Assembly: GCA_034677965.1 (NCBI GenBank)
Contig: JAXDCM010000043.1
Location: 58,440 to 122,439 of the forward strand
Direction of reading: 5' to 3'
DNA length: 64,000 bases
Origin: Syntrophales bacterium
GTDB lineage: Bacteria > Desulfobacterota > Syntrophia > Syntrophales > UBA5619
Positions 54,492 through 62,114 of this stretch are shown piece by piece (within the stretch, counting starts at the first letter, position 1; each line of letters begins with the position of its first letter). The notes below the pieces were generated by a model, which was not told the origin of the DNA, did not search any database, and saw only the letters and a list, made by a program, of their open reading frames with translations. The translations under genes were made by a program, and so were the position numbers.

Positions 54492-55190
54492 TCAATCCCG
54501 CCAGCGAAGCGGGCTGAAATCGCTTTGTCGATCATAGACATCGACCCCCTCCGCCCGCTTGAGGAATTTCACAAACAGATAGGTCAGCGGAGTGACCAGC
54601 GCTTCGAAGGTGGATTTCAGCAGCCACTGGCTTCCCGCCATCAGCGCCAATGTCGAGATGGAGACGGTCCCGTAAAAGGCCAGAGAGACGAAGATCGTCG
54701 AATCGGCGAATTGGCCGACCACCGTGGAACTGATCGTCCGCATCCATAGGTGCCGCCCTGCGGTTGCGATCTTTAGCTTGGCCAGCACGAAGGAATTCAA
54801 AAACTCCCCCGTCAGATACGCCATAAATGAAGCGACCAGTATTCTCGGCGTCGCCGAGAAGATCACCTCATAGGCGCGCTGCGAAAGGGCTGTGGATTCC
54901 AGCGAACCGGCCCTCCAGAATGGAGCCGGCGGCAGAAGGATAGAAAGATCAATGACGAACACAGCCAGGAGGTTGCATCCGAAGCCGATCCAGATCACGC
55001 GCCGGGCCGCCGCATAACCGTAAACCTCGGTCAGAATATCCCCGAAAATGTAGGAAACGGGGAAGATCAGGATCGCGGCGGGAAGAAAGAACGGACCGAT
55101 GGAGACCAGCTTTACCGCAATGATGTTGGCGACCACGAGACTGGTGACGAAAACGGCGGTGATGAAGGGCAGCCAGCGCTTTTCAGCCAT
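54492..55190 (-). CDS. yhhQ: Queuosine precursor transporter (YhhQ/DUF165 family)
   Basis: 232 aa from ATG 55190. FPVSYIFGDILTEVYGY motif, polytopic. 8-nt overlap with queF. Confidence 0.85.
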   Translation of the reverse strand: MAEKRWLPFITAVFVTSLVVANIIAVKLVSIGPFFLPAAILIFPVSYIFGDILTEVYGYAAARRVIWIGFGCNLLAVFVIDLSILLPPAPFWRAGSLESTALSQRAYEVIFSATPRILVASFMAYLTGEFLNSFVLAKLKIATAGRHLWMRTISSTVVGQFADSTIFVSLAFYGTVSISTLALMAGSQWLLKSTFEALVTPLTYLFVKFLKRAEGVDVYDRQSDFSPLRWRD

Positions 55191-55596
55191 TCCGCTTCCC
55201 ATGTTCCGCTTCAACGTTGATGGAAATTCCTCCCCGCACCGCAAAATCCGCCGTCACCTTGCACCAGCGGGGGGCCAGCGCCTTCACCAAATGATCCAGA
55301 ATGGTGTTCGTCACATGCTCGTGAAATACGCCCCGATCCCGGAAGGACCAGAGATAAAGCTTCAGGGATTTGGACTCCAAAATCTTCCGGTGGGGAATGT
55401 ACTGGATGACCAAACGAGCAAAATCGGGCTGTCCGGTCGCCGGACAGACACAGGTAAATTCTTCGGTCGAGAGAGTGACCACATAATCCCGTTCCGGGTG
55501 GTGATTCGGAAAGGTCTCCAGCCGTTTCATGGGTTTCTCTCCGCGGCGGAGCACAGTCAAACCCTCAAGGTCCGATTTCATGGTCATTTTCGGCAT
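55183..55596 (-). CDS. queF: NADPH-dependent 7-cyano-7-deazaguanine reductase QueF (type I)
   Basis: 137-aa ORF. Catalytic Cys context CVCPATGQPDF and QueF motif ESKSLKLYLWSFR. Confidence 0.92.
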   Translation of the reverse strand: MPKMTMKSDLEGLTVLRRGEKPMKRLETFPNHHPERDYVVTLSTEEFTCVCPATGQPDFARLVIQYIPHRKILESKSLKLYLWSFRDRGVFHEHVTNTILDHLVKALAPRWCKVTADFAVRGGISINVEAEHGKRNG

Positions 55597-55797
55597 AGGT
55601 CACCCTTCTTTCATCATCAAGGATCGGTATTTCTCGTTACCTCTTCCCGCAACCGGCTATCCTCTTCAGGAAATGTGGATTGGAAATTTAGAGCCACCTG
55701 CCTGATGGACAATGATCTTATCCAATTTTTTTGCAGTCCGCGAACAATTTTTTCCGTTGATAAAGGATTTTTCCTGTGGTAATGGGATGCGCACTGT

Positions 55798-55871
55798 TGG
55801 GGGATCGTTCAATGGTAGGACAACGGACTCTGACTCCGTGAATCGTGGTTCGAATCCACGTCTCCCAGCCA
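55798..55871 (+). tRNA. tRNA-Gln (anticodon CTG)
   Basis: TGGGGGATCGTTCAATGGTAGGACAACGGA-CTCTGAC-TCCGT...GGTTCGAATCC...TCTCCCAGCCA, 74 nt. Confidence 0.9.
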
Positions 55872-55883
55872 AATGAAATCAAA

Positions 55884-55920
55884 GGGGATTTTCCGATTGA
55901 CGGTGAATCCCCATTTTCTT
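55884..55920 (+). terminator. Putative terminator after tRNA-Gln
   Basis: GGGGATT-15 nt-AATCCCC followed by ATTTTCTTTT. Confidence 0.5.
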
Positions 55921-56102
55921 TTCCGTTCATTTTGCCCCGCTCCTGCCCCCTTTTCGGGTTTCATCGCAATAAACAACCCGGCATAAAACCTAAGGATTCG
56001 GTGTGCTTAACTGAACCGCCATCTGCGGTCTGATCCGCGGAAAAGCAGGAGTGAAACGCTATTGGGTGTGGGTGAAGCTCGTCTTGAATAGTCAGACCAA
56101 GC

Positions 56103-56492
56103 CTACTGCGCGCATCTCAAGCCACCAATCGTTGTCACATACCAGGTGCTTTCTTGATTCTCGGGTGGAACGAAAGAGCATGTCTTGCCCAATTTCTCGC
56201 TCCTCACAAATACTTCTCTGATAAATATCCTATCCCCTGCAGCACATTTAAATTGACCTTTGGTATTGGCAGGCACGCTCTTCATTACGTTGTTTCCTGT
56301 ATCCCAGCAGGGAGTTGCGTCCCCCCAGCCGAAACTCGGACATTCCATGCATATCACCGTGACAAGGATTGCATCGATGGTCTTATTTTCAATGTTAACC
56401 ACAGTCTCTGCATGTCCGGCGGAAACTGCCCCGCCACACAAGAGAAAGATTTGCAGACACACCAGCACATTCATTAACTTCCGCCGGTTCAT
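56103..56492 (-). CDS. Small exported Cys-containing hypothetical protein (P1, 129 aa)
   Basis: ATG 56492 follows GGAGGGAGGGGAGG. Signal peptide MNRRKLMNVLVCLQIFLLCGGAVSAGHA. 8 Cys in total. Confidence 0.75.
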   Translation of the reverse strand: MNRRKLMNVLVCLQIFLLCGGAVSAGHAETVVNIENKTIDAILVTVICMECPSFGWGDATPCWDTGNNVMKSVPANTKGQFKCAAGDRIFIREVFVRSEKLGKTCSFVPPENQESTWYVTTIGGLRCAQ

Positions 56493-56571
56493 GAGCCTCC
56501 CCTCCCTCCATCCTTTTTGAATGAAATGATCTATTTCCGTTTTCTTGTGCGGAAGAATCATGGGGAAAACA

Positions 56572-56889
56572 TTATGGTTTCACTGCTTCGTCAAAGTAAT
56601 ACTGACAACCCTGCATGCACCCTGCTTTCTTTTCTTCGCCCGCCAGTTTTCCACATTGACTATAACACGTCTGGCGTATCGTAGTGACGTTTCCGGGATC
56701 TACGAGACAAGACTGACTCACGAAAGCGGCATAGACGGGATGGGCAAATTGGATTTGGGAAGGCGCCTTGCAGGGGTTCAAACTGACAAAAGGAGCAGGG
56801 ACGACATCCTTCCCATCATGCGCAAAATGCAAATTGAAGAAAATGCCCATAACGAGGATTAGCGCAGCCATCACCAATTTTCGGTTCAT
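56572..56889 (-). CDS. Small exported Cys-rich hypothetical protein (P2, 105 aa)
   Basis: GGGAGGAG SD 6 nt upstream of the start. Signal peptide MNRKLVMAALILVMGIFFNLHFA. 7 Cys in the mature part. Confidence 0.75.
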   Translation of the reverse strand: MNRKLVMAALILVMGIFFNLHFAHDGKDVVPAPFVSLNPCKAPSQIQFAHPVYAAFVSQSCLVDPGNVTTIRQTCYSQCGKLAGEEKKAGCMQGCQYYFDEAVKP

Positions 56890-57016
56890 CGTTCACTCCT
56901 CCCTGTTTCATCGAATGTAGTTTCCACCACAAGCTGATCAAGGCGAATCTCTAACGGACGAACTGTGCCGCGCAGCGGTTGAAGGCTGCCGCATCTGAAA
57001 CAATGCGGAATTTATC

Positions 57017-57391
57017 CTACTTCATCTGTCCGGCCTCAAACTCATTTTTATCGAGATAGCCGTCTCTGTTCATGTCGTAGCTCTTGAATTTTGTCGGTGC
57101 TATGACGGCGACCAGAAATTGTGTGCCCTCCTGTGGGTCGATCTTTCCGTCCCTATTGGCGTCCTCCTTCTTAAAATTCCCATCGCCGGCGAACTCCTTT
57201 TCAGACAGAAAACCGTCGCCGTCGGCGTCAAACTGCCGGATCTTGGAAGGGCCGATCTCTTTCACGAATCCTTGAAATTCCTGAAGGTCGATCCTCCCAT
57301 CTTTATTGATGTCTATCCCCCTGAAATCATCCGCAAACGCAGAGGCACAAAGAGACATGATGCAAATCATCGTGACTACAGCGGTCCGCAT
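57017..57391 (-). CDS. Exported EF-hand calcium-binding protein (4 loops)
   Basis: AAAGGAG SD and signal peptide ...LCASAFA/DD. Four DxDxDG-type loops: DINKDGRIDLQE, DADGDGFLSEKE, DANRDGKIDPQE, DMNRDGYLDKNE. Confidence 0.85.
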   Translation of the reverse strand: MRTAVVTMICIMSLCASAFADDFRGIDINKDGRIDLQEFQGFVKEIGPSKIRQFDADGDGFLSEKEFAGDGNFKKEDANRDGKIDPQEGTQFLVAVIAPTKFKSYDMNRDGYLDKNEFEAGQMK

Positions 57392-57443
57392 GACGTAACT
57401 CCTTTCATCGGCTGAAAACGGTCAACAGCGAACGGGAATACTT

Positions 57444-57791
57444 TTATTCGTTGGGCCAGGTGATGATGTACGTGCCGTCGGGTTGCTTGGTGCAATAGAT
57501 GCCGTGGGTTCCCCTCGTCGGAGTTCCCCCCTGCGGATAGCGTACCCCTCGGTAGTTTATCGTCACGGATGATGAAGGAACACAGTTTGTGCTGCACGAC
57601 CAATTGCTGCCGGGAGGAAAAGGGGGGGAATGATGGTCTTTGCACAGCAGTGTGTGGGTATAGAAATCTACGGAAATATCCGCATCACAGTGATTCACAA
57701 ACAGATAATCCGTTGACGCCCACGCAATGGATGAAACTCCAGCCACAAGCACCCCGCAAAGCAGGCCAAATACCAATCCCTTTTTCATCAT
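57444..57791 (-). CDS. Small exported Cys-containing hypothetical protein (P4, 115 aa)
   Basis: AGGAGG SD 5 nt upstream of the start. Signal peptide MMKKGLVFGLLCGVLVAGVSSIAWA. Confidence 0.75.
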   Translation of the reverse strand: MMKKGLVFGLLCGVLVAGVSSIAWASTDYLFVNHCDADISVDFYTHTLLCKDHHSPPFPPGSNWSCSTNCVPSSSVTINYRGVRYPQGGTPTRGTHGIYCTKQPDGTYIITWPNE

Positions 57792-57848
57792 GACTTCCTC
57801 CTGATCTCTTGCTTTTTCTGATTTCTGAAACAGTCTGGAATATATCCA

Positions 57849-57900
57849 ACTTCATCTGTCCGGCCTCGAACTCGTTTTTATCGAGACAGCCGTCTCTGTT
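57849..57900 (-). pseudogene. Relic copy of the 3' end of the EF-hand gene
   Basis: 52 nt match 57019-57070 with 3 mismatches by hand alignment. It would encode NRDGCLDKNEFEAGQMK, but there is no upstream ORF and the stop is lost (TAG to TTG). Confidence 0.8.
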
Positions 57901-57915
57901 TCCGCGGCAGGACGC

Positions 57916-58350
57916 CTATTCCTTTATGAAAGCATAACCGCGGCCGGTCGTATAATTGTCAAACGGCCGTAATCGGTGTGAGGAAGACTTGCAGTTCAGA
58001 TCGCCTTCAAGCAACCGAGCGCAGTCTAGCGGGGAGAGGGCATCACGCCCACTTTTTATGCAATGATAAAGAATTCTTTTTGTTGAGCTGTAAGACTCTG
58101 TGACGCTCCCGTAAAGACATGAGGGGCATTTTTTCCCGGTGTGGAATTTGTATTCTGTCCTTGAATTTACAGTCGCCGATTGAGTATCGCCGTTAAAAGT
58201 TTGAAGAGTAATATTAGCTGTATAGTCTGTATCGTTTATTACTTTGACGGTGTGGTCGATCACGCCTCCTGCCGTGGAGTATTTGATAAAAATGAACAGG
58301 GTGATTAAAATTGCGGGTAATACGGCGATGGTCAATAGTCTTTTGTTCAT
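57916..58350 (-). CDS. Small membrane-anchored or exported hypothetical protein (P5, 144 aa)
   Basis: GAGGAGG SD 5 nt upstream of the start. N-terminal hydrophobic segment MNKRLLTIAVLPAILITLFIFI. AT-rich: about 37-40% G+C in two hand-counted 60-nt lines. Confidence 0.7.
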   Translation of the reverse strand: MNKRLLTIAVLPAILITLFIFIKYSTAGGVIDHTVKVINDTDYTANITLQTFNGDTQSATVNSRTEYKFHTGKKCPSCLYGSVTESYSSTKRILYHCIKSGRDALSPLDCARLLEGDLNCKSSSHRLRPFDNYTTGRGYAFIKE

Positions 58351-58417
58351 GGCTTCCTCCTCGTTATGATTTTTGTGTGCGTTAAGATTTTACAAACCAA
58401 GTGGCTTTTGGGCCGTG

Positions 58418-58445
58418 AATATACAGAATTCGACAATCTCTTCAA
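58418..58445 (-). promoter_or_regulatory. Putative sigma-70 promoter for P5
   Basis: The reverse strand reads TTGAAG (58440-45), 16 nt, TATATT (58418-23). Confidence 0.45.
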
Positions 58446-58489
58446 GCTTTTTTGTATCGATCAGGTATGGCTTTTGATGGTTTGGAGCA

Positions 58490-59668
58490 TTACGATCGCA
58501 GGGCCTTGATCGGGTCCATCCGCGATGCCGTGCGGGCCGGGTAGAAGCCGCAGAAAACGCCGACCGCCGTAGACACGCCGAACCCCAGGACAATGGAGGA
58601 GTAAGACATAATGAACTGCCACTTGGAGAAGTAGGCAAAAAGATACGAAATCCCCATGCCCAGAACAATGCCGATCAGCCCCCCCGCCAGACAGAGAAGG
58701 ACCGATTCGATGAGAAACTGACTCTGAATGTCGCTTTGCTGGGCCCCCAGCGCACGACGCAGGCCGATCTCGCTCTTCCGCTCGGAAACGGAAATGAGCA
58801 TCACGTTCATAACACCGATACCGCCGACAATCAGGGAGATGCTGCCGATTGCACCCAGCAGCAGGGAAAACATCTGCATCTGCTTTTTCATTCGTTCGAT
58901 CAGCTCTTCCGCGGAGGTGACATCTACCTGCATGCCCCTGGCTTTTTTCTGAAAATAGTCCTGGATGTCCGCTTTCAACTGGCCGATGGGAACATGCGCA
59001 GCGACCCGGGCCATGATGGTGTTGATGTCCGGATTCTGGAACGTCCGGAAGGCCGTGGATAGCGGAATCATCATCGCCCGGTTGATACCGTAGGGACGAA
59101 GCCCCCCTTCCGCCACCTTGTCCAGGACACCGATGACGGTAAAGCTCCGCCCTTCCGCCGCAACCTCGACGCCCAAGATCGGCGAGGTTGAAGTCTGCCT
59201 CAGAAAATCGGCCAGTTCGGCGCCCACGACACAGAAATAACGATTCCGGTCGAGCTCCGAAATGGCCCTCCCCTGGAGGATCTGCAACTTATTCAGATCG
59301 AAAAAGGAGGCGGTGACGCCCATCTGTTCCATGCTGATTTTCTGTCGTCCCCGAATCAATTCGGTTCCGTTGTTCAGATAAGGGGCGACATCGAGGATGT
59401 TCGGTTTTTCCCCGGTGATCCCGACAATGTGATCCAACCGGAACTCTGCCTGCTTGTTTTCCGTGTAATTTTTTCGGATGGTGACGATATCCACCCCCAT
59501 GTCCTTGAATTGCCGAATCGCCTCCTGCTGCACAATCGTGCCGATGGAAACCATGCCGATGACCGACCCGATACCGATGACGATTCCGATCAGAGCCAGC
59601 AGGCTTCGCTGCCTGGACCCCCAGAGACTTCTGAACGCTTCGTGAAAGTTGACCTGAAACAGGCTCAT
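58490..59668 (-). CDS. ABC exporter permease, MacB/FtsX family
   Basis: 392 aa from ATG 59668 (ATGA overlap with the ATPase stop). N-terminal TM, large periplasmic domain and a C-terminal FtsX 3-TM bundle. Confidence 0.9.
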   Translation of the reverse strand: MSLFQVNFHEAFRSLWGSRQRSLLALIGIVIGIGSVIGMVSIGTIVQQEAIRQFKDMGVDIVTIRKNYTENKQAEFRLDHIVGITGEKPNILDVAPYLNNGTELIRGRQKISMEQMGVTASFFDLNKLQILQGRAISELDRNRYFCVVGAELADFLRQTSTSPILGVEVAAEGRSFTVIGVLDKVAEGGLRPYGINRAMMIPLSTAFRTFQNPDINTIMARVAAHVPIGQLKADIQDYFQKKARGMQVDVTSAEELIERMKKQMQMFSLLLGAIGSISLIVGGIGVMNVMLISVSERKSEIGLRRALGAQQSDIQSQFLIESVLLCLAGGLIGIVLGMGISYLFAYFSKWQFIMSYSSIVLGFGVSTAVGVFCGFYPARTASRMDPIKALRS

Positions 59669-60348
59669 GACAAATAGATCATCCCATCGATGATTTTCAC
59701 GGAACGCCCGCACTGCTCGGCGAGTTTTGGGTTATGGGTGATGATCACCATGGTAATGCCCTCCTCCCGATTCAGCCGCTGGAAGAGGCTCATAATCTCA
59801 TCTCCCGTTTTCGTATCGAGCGCACCGGTCGGTTCATCCGCCAGCATAATCGCCGGCGATCCGATCAGCGCACGGGCGATGGCCACACGCTGCTGTTGTC
59901 CACCGGACATCTCATTCGGACGATGGCCCGCACGCTCCTGAATGTCCACCTTCGCCAGATATTCCATTCCCTTCTCCCGGATTTCCGATCCTTTGAGCCC
60001 CCGATAGGTCAGAGGCACGCCCACATTCTCCAGGGCCGTCAGCTTGGGCAGAAGATGATACTGCTGGAAGACAAATCCGATTTTCCGGTTTCGGAGCGTG
60101 GACAAAACCCTGTCGTCGTCATACACGACTTTGGTGCCGTCGATGTGAAACGTGCCTGCATCCGGTTTTTCGAGCAGCCCCAGCATGTGCATCAACGTCG
60201 ACTTTCCGCTTCCCGAAGGCCCGATCACCGCCAGGAGTTCCCCTTTTTCCACCGTGAGGTTGATCCCTTTGAGAACTTTTACTTCCGTCGGGCCGACGCG
60301 ATAGGATTTTTGAATGTCCGCGATATCCAGCATCAGGGGATTCATCAA
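59665..60348 (-). CDS. ABC transporter ATP-binding protein (MacB/LolD-type)
   Basis: 227-aa ORF. Walker A GPSGSGKST, signature MSGGQQQRVAIARAL, Walker B IMLADEPTGALD. ATGA overlap with the adaptor stop. Confidence 0.95.
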   Translation of the reverse strand: MMNPLMLDIADIQKSYRVGPTEVKVLKGINLTVEKGELLAVIGPSGSGKSTLMHMLGLLEKPDAGTFHIDGTKVVYDDDRVLSTLRNRKIGFVFQQYHLLPKLTALENVGVPLTYRGLKGSEIREKGMEYLAKVDIQERAGHRPNEMSGGQQQRVAIARALIGSPAIMLADEPTGALDTKTGDEIMSLFQRLNREEGITMVIITHNPKLAEQCGRSVKIIDGMIYLS

Positions 60349-62114
60349 TAGACCACCTCGTCTCCCGCCTTGAGCCCGCTGATAATTTCCACGGAATCGA
60401 GGGTGGTAATCCCCGTTGTCACACTCACCTTTTTTAGGGCCTGGGTCGTTTTATCCCGGACCGTTGCGACACGGTCCTTGCCCTCGACGAGGACGGCCTG
60501 GATGGGCACCATCATGGCGTTGGGCTTGTTTAAAAGCAGAATCTCCATATTGGCCGACATGCCCAGACGGAGCTTTTCTCTCAAGCCCGCAGGCAGGCTA
60601 TCCATGGCAACGGACACCTCGAATTTGGCCGCCTTTCTGCCGCCTTCGGCTTTGACGGCCTGTGAAGAAATATGGGAAACCCGCCCCAAAATCGTTTCTC
60701 CAAAGGCCTCAACCGTGATCCGGACATCCTGGTCTTTTCTGATTTTCAGGACCTCCAGCTCATCCACTTCCGCCGTCATGGAAAGCCCCTCCGTATTGCC
60801 GATGGAAAGCAGGATGTCCCCCTGGGAGAAGGTGACGCCCCGATCCGCAATCTTTCCCTTCTGATCCTTGTCTCCGGCGAGTTCGGGCAGCAGAACGGTC
60901 CCGGAAACAGGGGCGGTGATCTCGGACCGGCGGAGCTGGCTTTCGAGGTCCTGCAACTTCTGATAGGCATTCTCCAGTTTGAGTTCGGCGATATGCCGGT
61001 TTTGCCCCTCCCCCTTTTCCTTGACGACCTCCATCTCGCGCAGGGACGAGTCATAGTCCATCTTCGCGGTCGTGTATTGCTGTTTTGCGTTGTTGTATTC
61101 CGTCGCCGGCACGATCTCCTTTTTGAACAGCCGCTCCGTTTCCTGAAATGTCTTGTAATGGCCGTCCAGGGTCAGTTTCGAGCGCGTCACGTTTTGCTGG
61201 GCCTTGGTCACCTCGTTGCTGTTCATCCAGTTTTCCAGCTCTTTGACTTTTTCCTGCGCCTCGATGTAGGCCGTCTTCGCCTCCCGGTATTTCACCTCCG
61301 TCTCGGCCCGATCCAGCTTCAGCAAAAGCTGCCCCTTGATGACGGCCTGTCCGTATTCGAAATACTTTTCCCGGACCATGCCGCCGAAAGGGCTGGTGAT
61401 ATTAACGATCCGGATGGGCTTCAGCGTCCCCTTCAGCGTAATGCTGTCCGTCAGGGATTGAGGGGAAACCGTGTATGCCCTGGCCGCGGGTGCACTCTGG
61501 CGGCTTTTCGACAGGAGTCCCATCTTCATGGCTGAGACGCCCGTTTGCTTCCAGGTGATCAGCCCGATCGCCACAAAAAGAACAATGACAAAACCGGTGG
61601 CCGCCATACGAAGAATCTGAACTTTCCGCAGGGCCGCATGGAGATTGCTGTTGGCCTCCTCCATTTCCAGATAGGATTTCTGAAGTGCCGAATGATTCTC
61701 CTTCAGCTCCTGAGTCAGCCGCTTTTCCGATTCCTGGAGCCGGGCGACTTCGGTGATGTCGTTGAAAACGACGATCACGGCCACATTTTTTTTGGACCCT
61801 TCTTCCGCGGCGGGGAGGAACGACGTTGTCATCTCCAGTGTAAGAACCTCGTCCCCGCGATGCCAGTGAATGATTCTGTTGCGCACCGTATCGGTGTCGT
61901 AAATGGCATTCAGGATGGCCTGGTTGAAGGAATCGTTTTCTTCCCGGACGAGGAACAGCTCCGCAAAGGACTTATGGAGGACCTCCGAGGCCTTCAGACC
62001 GAGTATGGACTCCGCCGCAGCATTGAACGTCAGGATCTGCCCGTCGAGGCCGATGGTCATGACCCCGTCGCTCATGTTCTCCAGTATGTTCCGGGATATA
62101 ATGTCATCGGGCAT
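60345..62114 (-). CDS. PAS-domain-fused periplasmic adaptor (HlyD/MacA membrane-fusion family)
   Basis: 589 aa from ATG 62114 (GAGGA SD). Residues ~5-130 are PAS-like (ILENMSDGVMTIGLDGQILTFNAAAESILG...VFNDITE). Then a coiled coil, a single TM (ILRMAATGFVIVLFVAIGLITW) and a full MFP (lipoyl, alpha-hairpin, beta-barrel and membrane-proximal regions). Confidence 0.85.
   Translation of the reverse strand: MPDDIISRNILENMSDGVMTIGLDGQILTFNAAAESILGLKASEVLHKSFAELFLVREENDSFNQAILNAIYDTDTVRNRIIHWHRGDEVLTLEMTTSFLPAAEEGSKKNVAVIVVFNDITEVARLQESEKRLTQELKENHSALQKSYLEMEEANSNLHAALRKVQILRMAATGFVIVLFVAIGLITWKQTGVSAMKMGLLSKSRQSAPAARAYTVSPQSLTDSITLKGTLKPIRIVNITSPFGGMVREKYFEYGQAVIKGQLLLKLDRAETEVKYREAKTAYIEAQEKVKELENWMNSNEVTKAQQNVTRSKLTLDGHYKTFQETERLFKKEIVPATEYNNAKQQYTTAKMDYDSSLREMEVVKEKGEGQNRHIAELKLENAYQKLQDLESQLRRSEITAPVSGTVLLPELAGDKDQKGKIADRGVTFSQGDILLSIGNTEGLSMTAEVDELEVLKIRKDQDVRITVEAFGETILGRVSHISSQAVKAEGGRKAAKFEVSVAMDSLPAGLREKLRLGMSANMEILLLNKPNAMMVPIQAVLVEGKDRVATVRDKTTQALKKVSVTTGITTLDSVEIISGLKAGDEVVY

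Noticed and set aside
55597-55797. Possible preQ1 riboswitch upstream of queF-yhhQ
   Set aside because: This is the expected place for one. But the leader (…cgggaagaggtaacgagaaataccgatccttgatgatgaaagaagggtgacctATG) shows no short hairpin followed by the A-rich ACUA/AAAAAACUA tail of preQ1-I. I could see no preQ1-II or preQ1-III features either. Only a weak CCTT/AAGG pairing masks the SD. Infernal is needed to be sure.
55872-58489. Integrase, att-site duplication or other mobile-element hallmarks next to tRNA-Gln
   Set aside because: There is no integrase-, transposase- or recombinase-like ORF, and no copy of the tRNA-Gln 3' end was found by eye in the following 8 kb. The region is therefore not called a mobile element.
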